Assembly: GCA_036351155.1 (NCBI GenBank)
Contig: JAZBOO010000374.1
Location: 1-55,881 of the forward strand
Length of the DNA: 55,881 nt
Direction: 5' to 3'
From: Candidatus Krumholzibacteriia bacterium
GTDB lineage: Bacteria; Krumholzibacteriota; Krumholzibacteriia; LZORAL124-64-63
The position numbers and the translations under genes were made by a program. The notes below the pieces were generated by a model, which was given only the letters and a program-made list of their open reading frames with translations, was not told the origin of the DNA and did no database searches. Within the stretch, counting starts at the first letter, position 1. Every line of letters starts with the position of its first letter. Shown piece after piece: positions 1-8,568 of the stretch.

Positions 1-2
1 AA

Positions 3-293
3 GGGTTTGCCAGCATCACCCTGGACAATGCTTTTGTGGTTCGGGGTCTGAAGATTATCGAAGGCGCCTCCGGCTTGTTCATTGCCATGCCCAGCAGGAA
101 ACGCAAGGATGGCACCTTCCAGGACATTGCCCATCCGATCAACATGGCCACGCGGGAATGGATGGAAAACCAGGTCATTGCCGCCTACCGCCAGGAAATC
201 CAGAAGGTGGAAAACGGTGAAATACCGCCGCCTTCCCGGCACGGATCCTATGATGACGATGATCATGGATCCATGATGGAACAGGGCTTCTGA
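3..293 (+). CDS. spoVG: SpoVG-family protein, 5' end outside window
   Basis: Frame-3 translation from nt 3 reads GFASITLDNAFVVRGLKIIEGASGLFIAMPSRKRKDGTFQDIAHPIN, the conserved SpoVG core. The ORF track only shows it from the internal GTG at 36. Classic spoVG-prs-ctc-pth neighbourhood. Confidence 0.85.
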   Translation, partial: GFASITLDNAFVVRGLKIIEGASGLFIAMPSRKRKDGTFQDIAHPINMATREWMENQVIAAYRQEIQKVENGEIPPPSRHGSYDDDDHGSMMEQGF

Positions 294-351
294 CGGTATT
301 TCTTGCCGAATCCCGTTGCCCTGACTTCTTTGGGTACGCATCTGGATCGGG

Positions 352-426
352 TGGGGCGTCGTCAAGTGGTAAGACACATGGTTTTGGTCCATGCATTCGC
401 GGGTTCGAATCCTGCCGCCCCAACCA
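352..426 (+). tRNA. tRNA-Gln (anticodon UUG), CCA encoded
   Basis: Cloverleaf read by eye: acceptor TGGGGCG/CGCCCCA, D arm GTC-AAGTGGTAA-GAC, anticodon stem CATGG/CCATG with loop TTTTGGT (TTG), T arm GCGGG-TTCGAAT-CCTGC, then A+CCA. Parallels E. coli tRNA-Gln arm for arm. Confidence 0.9.
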
Positions 427-466
427 TCCACCCATCCTTCCCCTTCCCCTCCGGAGGATTTGATCG

Positions 467-1405
467 ATGTTCAACGAGCTGGTGGTCATCAGTTGCTCGG
501 CGCACCGAGAAATAGCTCAGAAGATCGCCGATAACCTGAACGTCAGCTTGCTCGACGTGGAAACCTCGCGGTTCTCCGACGGGGAAATCAACATCAAGAT
601 CCAGGAAAATATCCGTGGCACCGATGTCTTCATCGTGCAGCCCACGCATCCTCCTGCCGAGAACATGATGGAACTGTTGCTGATGATCGATGCGGTCAAG
701 CGCGCCAGTTGCCGTCGGGTCACCGCCGTGATTCCCTATTTCGGATATGCACGCCAGGACCGGAAAGACCAGCCGAGGGTGCCCATCGGGGCCAAGCTCA
801 TGGCCAACCTGATTGTCACCGCCGGAGCTGACCGGGTGCTGACCAGTGACCTGCATGCCCCGCAGATCCAGGGCTTTTTCGACATCCCTCTGGATCACCT
901 TTACGCCGCTCCGGTTCTCCTGCGGCATTTCGAGAATCACAGCCAGGAAAATCTGGCGGTGGTCTCTCCCGATGTGGGGTCCATCAAGATGGGGCGGGCT
1001 TTTGCCAAGCGGTTGAATGCCCGGCTGGCCATCATCGACAAGCGGCGGCCGGGCCCCAACCGGGCCGAAGTGATGAATTTCATCGGTGATGTGGAAGGCA
1101 TGGACGTCATCATTTTCGATGACATGATCGATACCGCCGGGACCTTGACCGATGCCGCCCGGGTCTGCGTCGAGCGCCAGGGGGCCAAGTCGGTGACGGC
1201 CTGCTGCACCCATCCGGTTCTGTCGGGACCGGCTCTGCAGCGCCTGAACGATTCGCCCCTGAAGGAGGTGGTCGTGACCAACACGATTCCCTTCAGCCGG
1301 TTCGATGAGTGCCCCAAGATCAAGGTGCTGGACCTGAGCGCTCTGCTGGCCGATGCCATCGAGCGCATCCACCTCGAAAAAACCGTCAGCGCCCTGTTCG
1401 TCTAG
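467..1405 (+). CDS. prs: ribose-phosphate pyrophosphokinase
   Basis: 312 aa. Motifs DLHAPQIQGFFDIPLDHL and IIFDDMIDTAGTL (PRPP-binding loop). GGAGGA about 9 nt upstream of the ATG. Confidence 0.95.
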   Translation: MFNELVVISCSAHREIAQKIADNLNVSLLDVETSRFSDGEINIKIQENIRGTDVFIVQPTHPPAENMMELLLMIDAVKRASCRRVTAVIPYFGYARQDRKDQPRVPIGAKLMANLIVTAGADRVLTSDLHAPQIQGFFDIPLDHLYAAPVLLRHFENHSQENLAVVSPDVGSIKMGRAFAKRLNARLAIIDKRRPGPNRAEVMNFIGDVEGMDVIIFDDMIDTAGTLTDAARVCVERQGAKSVTACCTHPVLSGPALQRLNDSPLKEVVVTNTIPFSRFDECPKIKVLDLSALLADAIERIHLEKTVSALFV

Positions 1406-1637
1406 TCCAAAAGCACCGCCCCGGCTTGACAGATTTCCTCAGGGGTGCTTCTTTAGGCTGTCATTTTCCGGCGCCTTGCGCCGTGTCCGGAGTAGCTCTC
1501 CCCTGGTCGTGACACGTTGCTCGGTGCCATGGGGCCCCGCTGGCCCCGCCACATGGAGGATCCTTGCCGCAACCGGCGGTGAGCCCCTTCATCTCGCCCT
1601 GGGATTTCCCGGGCGTGAAATTTTTGGAGTGAGTGTC

Positions 1638-2294
1638 ATGGGTCTCGTTAACCTGGATATCAAGCCGCGTTCCACCTTCGGCAAGAACGCCAACCGCCGC
1701 AATCGTGCCTCCGGGCACATTCCCGCCGTGCTGTACGGCCAGGACCGAGAAACCGAAAGCATCGAGCTGGATACGCATGCCTTCAGCGTGGCCCTGATGC
1801 ATCTGGCCGGTCGTACCGCTCTGTTCGCCCTCAACGGCGATGAGGACAACATCGCCCTGGTGCGCGAAGTCCAGCGGAACCCCGTGACCGATGAGATCCT
1901 GCACGTGGATCTCATGTCCATTCCCCGCGGTGTGCCCGTGACCGTTCCGGTGACCCTCGAGGTGGTGGGTGAATGTGCGGCCGTCAAGGCCGGTGACGCC
2001 TCGGTGGCCATGAGCCTCGATCGCGTGGACATCAGTGTCCGTCCCCGCGACCTGCCCGAGTACCTGGAGATCGATATCTCCGAGATGGACGTCAACGACA
2101 AGGTGTTTGTCGGCGACATCAAGCTGGAGACCGGTGAAGTGATCACCGACCCCGAACTGCTGGTGCTGAACATCAAGCCCTCGGCCCTGGTCCTGGATCT
2201 GGGTGAAGAAGGCGAAGAGGGTGAAGAGGGCGCCGAAGAGGGTGCCGAAGAAGGTGCTTCCGAAGAAGGTGAAGACAAGAAGGACGACGCCTAG
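1638..2294 (+). CDS. rplY: 50S ribosomal protein L25 / general stress protein Ctc
   Basis: MGLVNLDIKPRSTFGKNANRRNRASGHIPAVLYG... is a Ctc-type L25, with an acidic GEEGEEGEEGAEEG tail. The ATG at 1638 is preceded by GGAG. The track ORF from 1353 is an upstream in-frame extension typical of GC-rich DNA. Confidence 0.9.
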   Translation: MGLVNLDIKPRSTFGKNANRRNRASGHIPAVLYGQDRETESIELDTHAFSVALMHLAGRTALFALNGDEDNIALVREVQRNPVTDEILHVDLMSIPRGVPVTVPVTLEVVGECAAVKAGDASVAMSLDRVDISVRPRDLPEYLEIDISEMDVNDKVFVGDIKLETGEVITDPELLVLNIKPSALVLDLGEEGEEGEEGAEEGAEEGASEEGEDKKDDA

Positions 2295-2320
2295 CGTCGG
2301 TTGTCTTCCGTGCGATCCTG

Positions 2321-2354
2321 CCCCCGGTTGCCTTGCGGCGGCCGGGGGTTTTTT
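2321..2354 (+). terminator. intrinsic terminator after rplY
   Basis: CCCCCGG..GCC-ttgc-GGC..CCGGGGG hairpin followed by TTTTTT (2349-2354), 27 nt after the rplY stop. Confidence 0.6.
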
Positions 2355-2371
2355 CCAGAGGTGCAGACGAT

Positions 2372-2998
2372 ATGTGTGACCATGAGGACAGCATCATCCG
2401 CGTGGCTTTCCCCCGCCTGGTGGTGGGGCTGGGGAATCCCGGGTCCAGGTATGCTCCCACCCGACACAATCTGGGGTTCCGGGTGGTGCAAGAGCTGGCC
2501 GCCCACCTGAAGCTGGAATTCTCGGAACAGGACCGCGCCTTTCTGGCCACGCCCATGGCCACGGGGCCCGATTCCTGGGTCCTGATGCAGCCCCAGACCT
2601 ACATGAATCTGAGCGGCGAGGCCGTTTCCGCCTGGCTGGACCGCCATGAGGTGGAACCGGATCTTTCACGAATCCTGGTGGTTTGCGACGATCTGGCCTT
2701 GCCGCTGGGGCATCTTCGCCTGCGCGGCAAGGGGACCAGCGGGGGCCAGAACGGCCTCCTGTCGATCATCGAGCACCTGGACAGCACGGACTTTGCCCGG
2801 TTGCGGCTGGGGATCGACGGGACGGAGGGGGCTCTTTTGCCCGAAGACTGGGCCGATTATGTGCTGGACCCCTTCCCCGAAGGCGAAAGGGAGTCGGCGG
2901 CAAGTCTGGTCGCCCGTGCGGTGGAGGCGGTGCTGGGGTGGGGGCAGGATGGCCCTGCCATCACGGCGTCCAGGTGCAACGGGCCCGCCCCGGATTGA
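2372..2998 (+). CDS. pth: peptidyl-tRNA hydrolase
   Basis: RLVVGLGNPGSRYAPTRHNLGFRVV hallmark N-terminus. Start taken as the first ATG (2372); the track start at 2333 is an alternative. Confidence 0.9.
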   Translation: MCDHEDSIIRVAFPRLVVGLGNPGSRYAPTRHNLGFRVVQELAAHLKLEFSEQDRAFLATPMATGPDSWVLMQPQTYMNLSGEAVSAWLDRHEVEPDLSRILVVCDDLALPLGHLRLRGKGTSGGQNGLLSIIEHLDSTDFARLRLGIDGTEGALLPEDWADYVLDPFPEGERESAASLVARAVEAVLGWGQDGPAITASRCNGPAPD

Positions 2999-3228
2999 CC
3001 GCGTCTGTTCACTTCTCTCCGTTTCTTCCTTGCGCGTGTTCCCCTGGAGCAATATATTGCCCTTTCGCCATTTTCGGATGGCCGACGGATATTTTTGTCC
3101 AAAAAACCGAATACTCAGCGTAAAGCTGTGTGCTCACATCCCTACCCGGGCTGACGCTCATGCGACCACTTCTGGTCGACGCGGCGAATAGGGACCCGGG
3201 TCGTTCTGTCCGAGGGGAGGTGTTACCA

Positions 3229-3588
3229 GTGAAAAAGTATGAACTTATCTTCATTCTGCGGGCCGAGCTGCCCGAGACGGAGATGACCGCGCGTGTGGAT
3301 CGGGTCAAGGAGATCCTGTCCGCGCACGACGGCGAAATCACCCAGGAAAACCACTGGGGGGTGCGGCGTCTGGCTTACGAGATCCAGTACGAGACCCGCG
3401 GCAATTACATGTTCTTGAAATTCAAGTCCAATGGCACGGTCGTGGCTGATCTCGACCGCTACCTGCGTCTTGATGACCAGGTTCTGCGTCATCTGATCGT
3501 CGTTGATGAGGAATGGGAAGAACGCAATCGCGTGTCCATGGCCAAGCGTCGTCAGGCGCAAAGTGGAGCCGAGGATACGGCCGAGTAG
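3229..3588 (+). CDS. rpsF: 30S ribosomal protein S6
   Basis: VKKYELIFILRAELPETE...HWGVRRLAYEI is typical S6. GTG start at 3229 preceded by GAGGGGAGG. The track ORF from 3130 is an upstream extension. Confidence 0.92.
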   Translation: MKKYELIFILRAELPETEMTARVDRVKEILSAHDGEITQENHWGVRRLAYEIQYETRGNYMFLKFKSNGTVVADLDRYLRLDDQVLRHLIVVDEEWEERNRVSMAKRRQAQSGAEDTAE

Positions 3589-3677
3589 CGGATCTTTCAC
3601 CGGGATGATCCCGGGGTCTTGACTCACGACGCTGCCTGGCCCACGGGCCCGCAGCGAAGCAAAAAAAGGAGAATCCG

Positions 3678-3944
3678 ATGGCACGTAAGAACCTTCGGAT
3701 CAAGAAGAAGAAGAAAAAAAGAAGGCATGGCAAACAGAAGGTCTGCTTCTTCAGCAAGACCGGAATGATTGCCATCGACTACAAGGATGAGGAGTTTCTG
3801 CGCCGGTTCGTCACCGAACGCGGCAAGATCGCTCCCCGCCGCAACACCGGCACCAGCCCCAAGTTCCAGCGCCCGTTGGCCATCGCCATCAAGCGTGCTC
3901 GGCACCTGGCCCTGCTGCCGTTCGTCAAGGAATACTACCGGTAG
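3678..3944 (+). CDS. rpsR: 30S ribosomal protein S18 (lysine-rich N-terminal extension)
   Basis: [50 protein letters not shown] is canonical S18. AAAGGAG RBS. N-terminus carries a KKKKKKRR run. Confidence 0.93.
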   Translation: MARKNLRIKKKKKKRRHGKQKVCFFSKTGMIAIDYKDEEFLRRFVTERGKIAPRRNTGTSPKFQRPLAIAIKRARHLALLPFVKEYYR

Positions 3945-3971
3945 ATCGTTGCCGGAGGAGGGGAGCGGGCC

Positions 3972-5009
3972 GTGCCCAGGTCCTGGCCAGGATACGCTGC
4001 ACCCCTGGTCGCCTCGGTGGCGACCCTGTTGCTGGTCTGGATCCAGGAACTGCTGATGGGTCGGGCCGTGGCTCAGGGTGAGATGATCTCGCTGGACCTG
4101 GTCCTGGTGATCCTGCTGAGCCTGGCCATTCCCCTGGGACTACCCGCTGTCTGGGGTGGTGCCGTGTTGCTCAGCCGCCCCGCCACATCGGGGTTGCTGG
4201 CCGCAATACTTTGTCTGGGCGCATCCTTCGGGATCGCGGGACACCTGCTTTTCTGGTCCACGGTGGGGCATGTACTGGCCGGCGTGGCCTGTGGGTGGTC
4301 CCTGGGCAGGCGCTGGCGGCTCGATGCCGCCTTGATCCTGGTGACGCTTGCCCTGGCGCCGGTTTTCCTGGTGTCTCTGCAGGAGATGTCCCCCCGGGAC
4401 AGCTACGACCAGATGATCGAACAGTACCTTGAAGCCCGCCGGGAAATGCTGGCCGGAACGGCCGATGACCGGGAAATCGAGCGGACGCTCGAGGCCGAAA
4501 GGCGTCAACAGGAAGAGATTGCCGAGCAGGCTCTGAAGATCGTTCCGGCAGCGTTCGGTCTGGGGGCTCTGGGGTACTCGGGATTGCTGCTGGTGCTGAC
4601 CTGGCTGGTGTCCCGGTTGCTGAGGTTGAAGGTGGGCCTGGCCAAGTGGCCGCCTTTCGCTCGCTGGCGATTGCCGTTCTACCTGGTCTGGATCCTGGTC
4701 ATCGGACTGGGAATGTTCATCACCCGGGTTTCCGGGCTGACCACGGTGGGATTGAACCTGGCCCTGGCGGTGGGAACACTGTTCAGCATCCAGGGGGCCG
4801 CCGTCCAGTGGTCGGTGACCGGCCGGTTCATGGGAGCGTTGCCCAGGGTGCTTTACCTGCTGGTGGCCGGGTTCCTTTTCTTCCCGCTGGTGGTGCTGGG
4901 ATTGGCCGATCAGTGGCGTGATTTTCGCAAGCTGGACCATCCCTCCGATGAGGATGATCCGCAAGACAGCAAAGGGGCCGGCAGGGCTCCGGATGACGAG
5001 GCCGGGTGA
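3972..5009 (+). CDS. polytopic membrane protein, DUF2232/YybS-like
   Basis: Multiple hydrophobic spans around a charged central loop. C-terminal GLADQWRDFRK resembles the DUF2232 tail. The position between rpsR and rplI matches yybS synteny in Firmicutes. Confidence 0.6.
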   Translation: MPRSWPGYAAPLVASVATLLLVWIQELLMGRAVAQGEMISLDLVLVILLSLAIPLGLPAVWGGAVLLSRPATSGLLAAILCLGASFGIAGHLLFWSTVGHVLAGVACGWSLGRRWRLDAALILVTLALAPVFLVSLQEMSPRDSYDQMIEQYLEARREMLAGTADDREIERTLEAERRQQEEIAEQALKIVPAAFGLGALGYSGLLLVLTWLVSRLLRLKVGLAKWPPFARWRLPFYLVWILVIGLGMFITRVSGLTTVGLNLALAVGTLFSIQGAAVQWSVTGRFMGALPRVLYLLVAGFLFFPLVVLGLADQWRDFRKLDHPSDEDDPQDSKGAGRAPDDEAG

Positions 5010-5069
5010 TCTCGGCAGAGGGGACCTTTAGCGCCCCACCGCCCGCGGGCGGAAAACCCATAAAGGTGG

Positions 5070-5519
5070 TTGATGATGGACGTGATCCTCATGGAAAGCG
5101 TGGATAACCTGGGCGAAATGGGCGACACCGTGACGGTGGCCCGTGGCTTTGCCAGGAATTACCTGATCCCGCAGGGCAAGGCCGTTCTGGCCACTGACGG
5201 GCACCGGAAAATGGTCGCAGAGCACATGAAGCTCGAAGCCAAGCGGGACGATTTGCGCCGGGCCGGGGCCGAAGAACTGGCGGCCAAGCTGGGCGAGCTG
5301 TCCTGCACCATCACCGTCCAGGCTGGTGACGACGACAAGCTCTTCGGCTCGGTGACCGCCCGTGATATCGCCGAGGCCCTGGAAAGCGATGCACTGGAAT
5401 TCGATCACAAGATGATCCAGCTCGAAGAAGCGATCAAGCAGCTGGGTGTCTACTCGGTTCCCGTGAAACTGCACTCCCAGGTCGAGGTGACCGCGAAGGT
5501 GTGGGTCGTCAAGGGCTAA
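5070..5519 (+). CDS. rplI: 50S ribosomal protein L9
   Basis: MDVILMESVDNLGEMGDTVTVARGFARNYLIPQGKAV is canonical L9. The start could be ATG 5070 or 5073. Confidence 0.93.
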   Translation: MMMDVILMESVDNLGEMGDTVTVARGFARNYLIPQGKAVLATDGHRKMVAEHMKLEAKRDDLRRAGAEELAAKLGELSCTITVQAGDDDKLFGSVTARDIAEALESDALEFDHKMIQLEEAIKQLGVYSVPVKLHSQVEVTAKVWVVKG

Positions 5520-5535
5520 CTGGAGGGTTTGGCTC

Positions 5536-6642
5536 ATGACGATGGAACGCGGCAAAGAGACGACCAACGGGAGCAGCCAGGGGATCTGTGTGATCATGGC
5601 CGGAGGGCGTGGCACGCGATTCTGGCCCCTGAGTCGTCGGAATCGGCCCAAGCAGCTGCAGGCCCTCAGCTCCGAGAAAAGCCTGTTGCGGGAGACCTAC
5701 GAACGGGTGGCGCCTCTGGTGGGGCCCGCTCGTGTGCTGGTGGTGACCAGCGGCGAACTGGCGGAGGCCACGGCCAGGGAATTGCCCGAATTGCCGGCCG
5801 AAAACGTCATCACTGAACCGGTGGGCCGCAACACCGCTCCCTGCGCCGTGCTGGGGATGGGGGTGGCCGGTCGGATTGACCCCCTCGCTCCGGTGGCCCT
5901 CTTGCCTGCGGACCACCATATTCCCGACGGCCGCCTGTTTCGCGACCAGCTCCAGAAAGCGTTCTCCTACGCTGCCGAGCAGCCGACCGTGGTGACCATC
6001 GGCATCCCTGCCGTCCGACCTGAAACAGGGTATGGCTACCTCAAGGTTTCCCCCGACGATGCCGGCAAGGACCTCCGCGCGGGCATTTCCTTCGTCGAAA
6101 AACCCGACTTCGCCACGGCCGAATCTTACGTACGCGATGGGAACTTTTTCTGGAATAGCGGTATATTTATCTGGAATCCGGCATGGTTTGCCGAGTCGGC
6201 GGCCCGGCACGTTCCGGCCGTCACCAGGCTGATGGCTCCGGCCATTCAATCTTTTGGTACGGCGTCCTTTCCCGACGAGTTGAACAGTGCCTACGCGGAC
6301 TGCCCGGCCGATTCCATCGATTTCGCGGTGATGGAGAAACTGCCGGGATACTCCATGCTGGCGGCGGCATTCCGCTGGTCTGATATCGGGAGCTGGGACG
6401 CCTGGGGCGACCTGGCCTCGTCGCTGGCCGATGGCAATCGTGGCCAGGCCCGGTTGCTGGCACTGGACAGTCGCGATAATATTGTACGGTCGACCGACCG
6501 CCTGGTGGCCTTGCTGGGAGTGGACAACCTGATTGTGGTGGACACCCCCGATGCCCTGCTGGTCTGCCGCAAGGATGACGCCCAGCGTATCAAGGAAATC
6601 ATTTCCCGGCTGGAGTCCGAAGGGCACGAAGAGTTGCTCTGA
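5536..6642 (+). CDS. manC: mannose-1-phosphate guanylyltransferase (no PMI domain)
   Basis: VIMAGGRGTRFWPLSRRNRPKQLQAL nucleotidyltransferase P-loop, later FVEKPD and WNSGIFIW motifs. GGAGGG RBS. Confidence 0.85.
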   Translation: MTMERGKETTNGSSQGICVIMAGGRGTRFWPLSRRNRPKQLQALSSEKSLLRETYERVAPLVGPARVLVVTSGELAEATARELPELPAENVITEPVGRNTAPCAVLGMGVAGRIDPLAPVALLPADHHIPDGRLFRDQLQKAFSYAAEQPTVVTIGIPAVRPETGYGYLKVSPDDAGKDLRAGISFVEKPDFATAESYVRDGNFFWNSGIFIWNPAWFAESAARHVPAVTRLMAPAIQSFGTASFPDELNSAYADCPADSIDFAVMEKLPGYSMLAAAFRWSDIGSWDAWGDLASSLADGNRGQARLLALDSRDNIVRSTDRLVALLGVDNLIVVDTPDALLVCRKDDAQRIKEIISRLESEGHEELL

Positions 6643-6646
6643 CCGT

Positions 6647-6838
6647 GGCCTGGCCCGGATTATTCATGAGGGAGTTACTGCGGATGGTTAAATCCGCTTC
6701 AGAGAAGGTGTTCTCGGATTTGCTCGATCGACGTACCGCATCGGGTACGCCTTCCTCGCAAATCCTTGTGACCCCCTTCTCTGAAGCGATTTTTCCTCAT
6801 CCTCGTCACACTCCCTCATGAATAATCCGGGCCAGGTC
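6647..6838. repeat. about 192-nt nested imperfect palindrome (MITE/REP-like element or long structured RNA)
   Basis: Perfect 26-bp terminal inverted repeat, 6649-6674 CCTGGCCCGGATTATTCATGAGGGAG against 6811-6836. Inner complementary pairs share one centre near 6741: 6695-6708/6775-6788 (14 bp), 6716-6723/6758-6765 (8 bp) and 6732-6737/6744-6749 (6 bp). Visibly lower GC than the flanks. Confidence 0.7.
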
Positions 6839-6889
6839 CCATGGATCTCCTCCGGATCACCTCCGTTCATCTGGCAAGGAGTTGTTTTC

Positions 6890-8125
6890 ATGCAAGCTTC
6901 CCGTCTTTTCGTCGTTTCCGTGACCCTGTTGCTGGCCGCGGTCCTGCTTGGTGCCTGTCAGGGGCCTTCAGGCAGTGATCAGGCCTTTCAGTGGCAGCCG
7001 CTGTTCGGCAACGGGCTTCATGATTCTTCCCCCGTCATCGCCACGGTGGGCGACATCGCCATCACCCAGAAGGACCTGGACCTCAGGTACAAGGAACTGC
7101 CCCGCAACGCCCAGGCACGCTACGAGGGAGAAGAAGGCAAGCGGCTGCTGCTCGAGGACATGGTGAACCAGGCCCTGATGGTGATCGGGGCGGCCGAAAA
7201 AGAGCTCTTCAATGATCCTGAAGTGGCCCAGACGCTTATCTCGGTGCGTCGCCAGGTCATGGACTCGGCCATGCGGGAAAGGGGACTGGACTTGAATCAG
7301 GACCCGCCGGAAGAGGAAATTCGCAGCTTTTTTGACAAGAATCGGCAGCATTTTCGACAGGAAGCCCTGCTGAATGCCCGCCATATCGAATGTCTTTCGG
7401 AAAAAGAAGCCCAGGAAGCTTACGACCGTCTGAAGCGGGGGGGGATGGACAACGATTTTGCCAGCGTGGCCGCCGACTACACCCGCAACCTGGAAACCGC
7501 CAAGGAAAACGGAGATCTGGGCTGGTTCAACAAGGGCGGCTTTCTGCCCCACGTGAGCAACGCCAAGGCCTTCACCGAGTTGGCCGGTGATTTCGAAGTG
7601 GGACTGCATCCTCCCTTCCGTCTGGTGGACCGCTGGCATGTGGTGGAGATCCTGAACAAGGAGCGCAGCCGCCCCATGACCTACAAGGAGGCCAGAGGCC
7701 AGGTGGTCAACGCCATGAAGCCCGGCCATCAGGAGCGCATTGTCCAGGATTTCCTGGCCGAGGCACGGCAGCGCCACACCGTGAAGCTGGAAGGACGCTT
7801 TGCTCCCGGTCAGGGCCTGACTCCCGAGGCTCTTTTTGCGCGCGGCATGGCCCTTGCTGATCCCCAGGCGAAACTGGACATGTTTGCCCTGGTGTACACC
7901 GACTTTCCCGACCATGAAAAGGCCGACGATGCCCTGTTCATGAGCGCCATGGTGACCCTGGACAAATGGCAGGACGGCCGGGCGGTCCAGAACCTGCTGA
8001 ATCGGCTGATCAGGGAATACCCCGACAGTGAACTGGTCGAGGATGCCCAGTTTCTGCGGGATAACCAGCACAATCCCAAGGCGTTGAACCCGACATCGAT
8101 CGAGGAATTACGCCAGAACCAGTAA
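6890..8125 (+). CDS. parvulin-type peptidyl-prolyl isomerase lipoprotein (SurA/PpiD/PrsA family)
   Basis: Signal plus lipobox MQASRLFVVSVTLLLAAVLLGAC. Parvulin core ARHIECLSEKEAQEAYDRLKRGG..DFASVAADYT...NGDLGWFNKGGF. The start at 6890 fits the signal peptide; the track start at 6818 lies inside the palindrome arm. Confidence 0.8.
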   Translation: MQASRLFVVSVTLLLAAVLLGACQGPSGSDQAFQWQPLFGNGLHDSSPVIATVGDIAITQKDLDLRYKELPRNAQARYEGEEGKRLLLEDMVNQALMVIGAAEKELFNDPEVAQTLISVRRQVMDSAMRERGLDLNQDPPEEEIRSFFDKNRQHFRQEALLNARHIECLSEKEAQEAYDRLKRGGMDNDFASVAADYTRNLETAKENGDLGWFNKGGFLPHVSNAKAFTELAGDFEVGLHPPFRLVDRWHVVEILNKERSRPMTYKEARGQVVNAMKPGHQERIVQDFLAEARQRHTVKLEGRFAPGQGLTPEALFARGMALADPQAKLDMFALVYTDFPDHEKADDALFMSAMVTLDKWQDGRAVQNLLNRLIREYPDSELVEDAQFLRDNQHNPKALNPTSIEELRQNQ

Positions 8126-8139
8126 TCGAGGGGGACGCG

Positions 8140-8568
8140 ATGGCACGCTCGTCAGGGATCAATCGCCGGTGGAGTTTACCGGTTGTCACGATACTGTTTA
8201 TGCTCCTGGTGGCGCCTGCTGCCATGGCCCAGGACGACACACCGACCTGGGATGTGCAGCTGGGATTCGGCACCGGAATGGACCGTGAGACCCGGGCCTT
8301 GACCGGTGAGGCGACCACCTTTCCCGCCGGCACCGAGCGGGTGTTTTGCCGCATGCACATCACCGGTGTGGCCGCCCCCACCCAGGTGACCCACGTCTGG
8401 TACCTGGACGGCAAGACCATGGCCCAGGTGGACCTCCAGGTGGGGTCCAGCAACTGGCGGACCTGGTCCTCCAAGCGCCTGTTGCCCAGCTGGACCGGTT
8501 TCTGGGAAGTCAAGGTTCTGGACCAGACGGGCAAGGTTCTGGCCACCTCTTCCTTCACGGTGGAATGA
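8140..8568 (+). CDS. secreted small protein, DUF2914-like
   Basis: Signal peptide ...LLVAPAAMAQ. C-terminal pattern HVWYLDGK...VGSSNWRTWSSKRL..WTGFWEVKVLDQTGKVL resembles DUF2914. GAGGGGGA RBS. Confidence 0.55.
   Translation: MARSSGINRRWSLPVVTILFMLLVAPAAMAQDDTPTWDVQLGFGTGMDRETRALTGEATTFPAGTERVFCRMHITGVAAPTQVTHVWYLDGKTMAQVDLQVGSSNWRTWSSKRLLPSWTGFWEVKVLDQTGKVLATSSFTVE

Noticed and set aside
3693-3722. Poly-lysine-coding A-rich runs (rpsR 3693-3722; also ftsY about 21108-21130), considered as programmed-slippage sites
   Set aside because: Both genes read through in a single frame to canonical conserved domains. No alternative-frame ORF of meaning follows. They are most simply basic low-complexity linkers.
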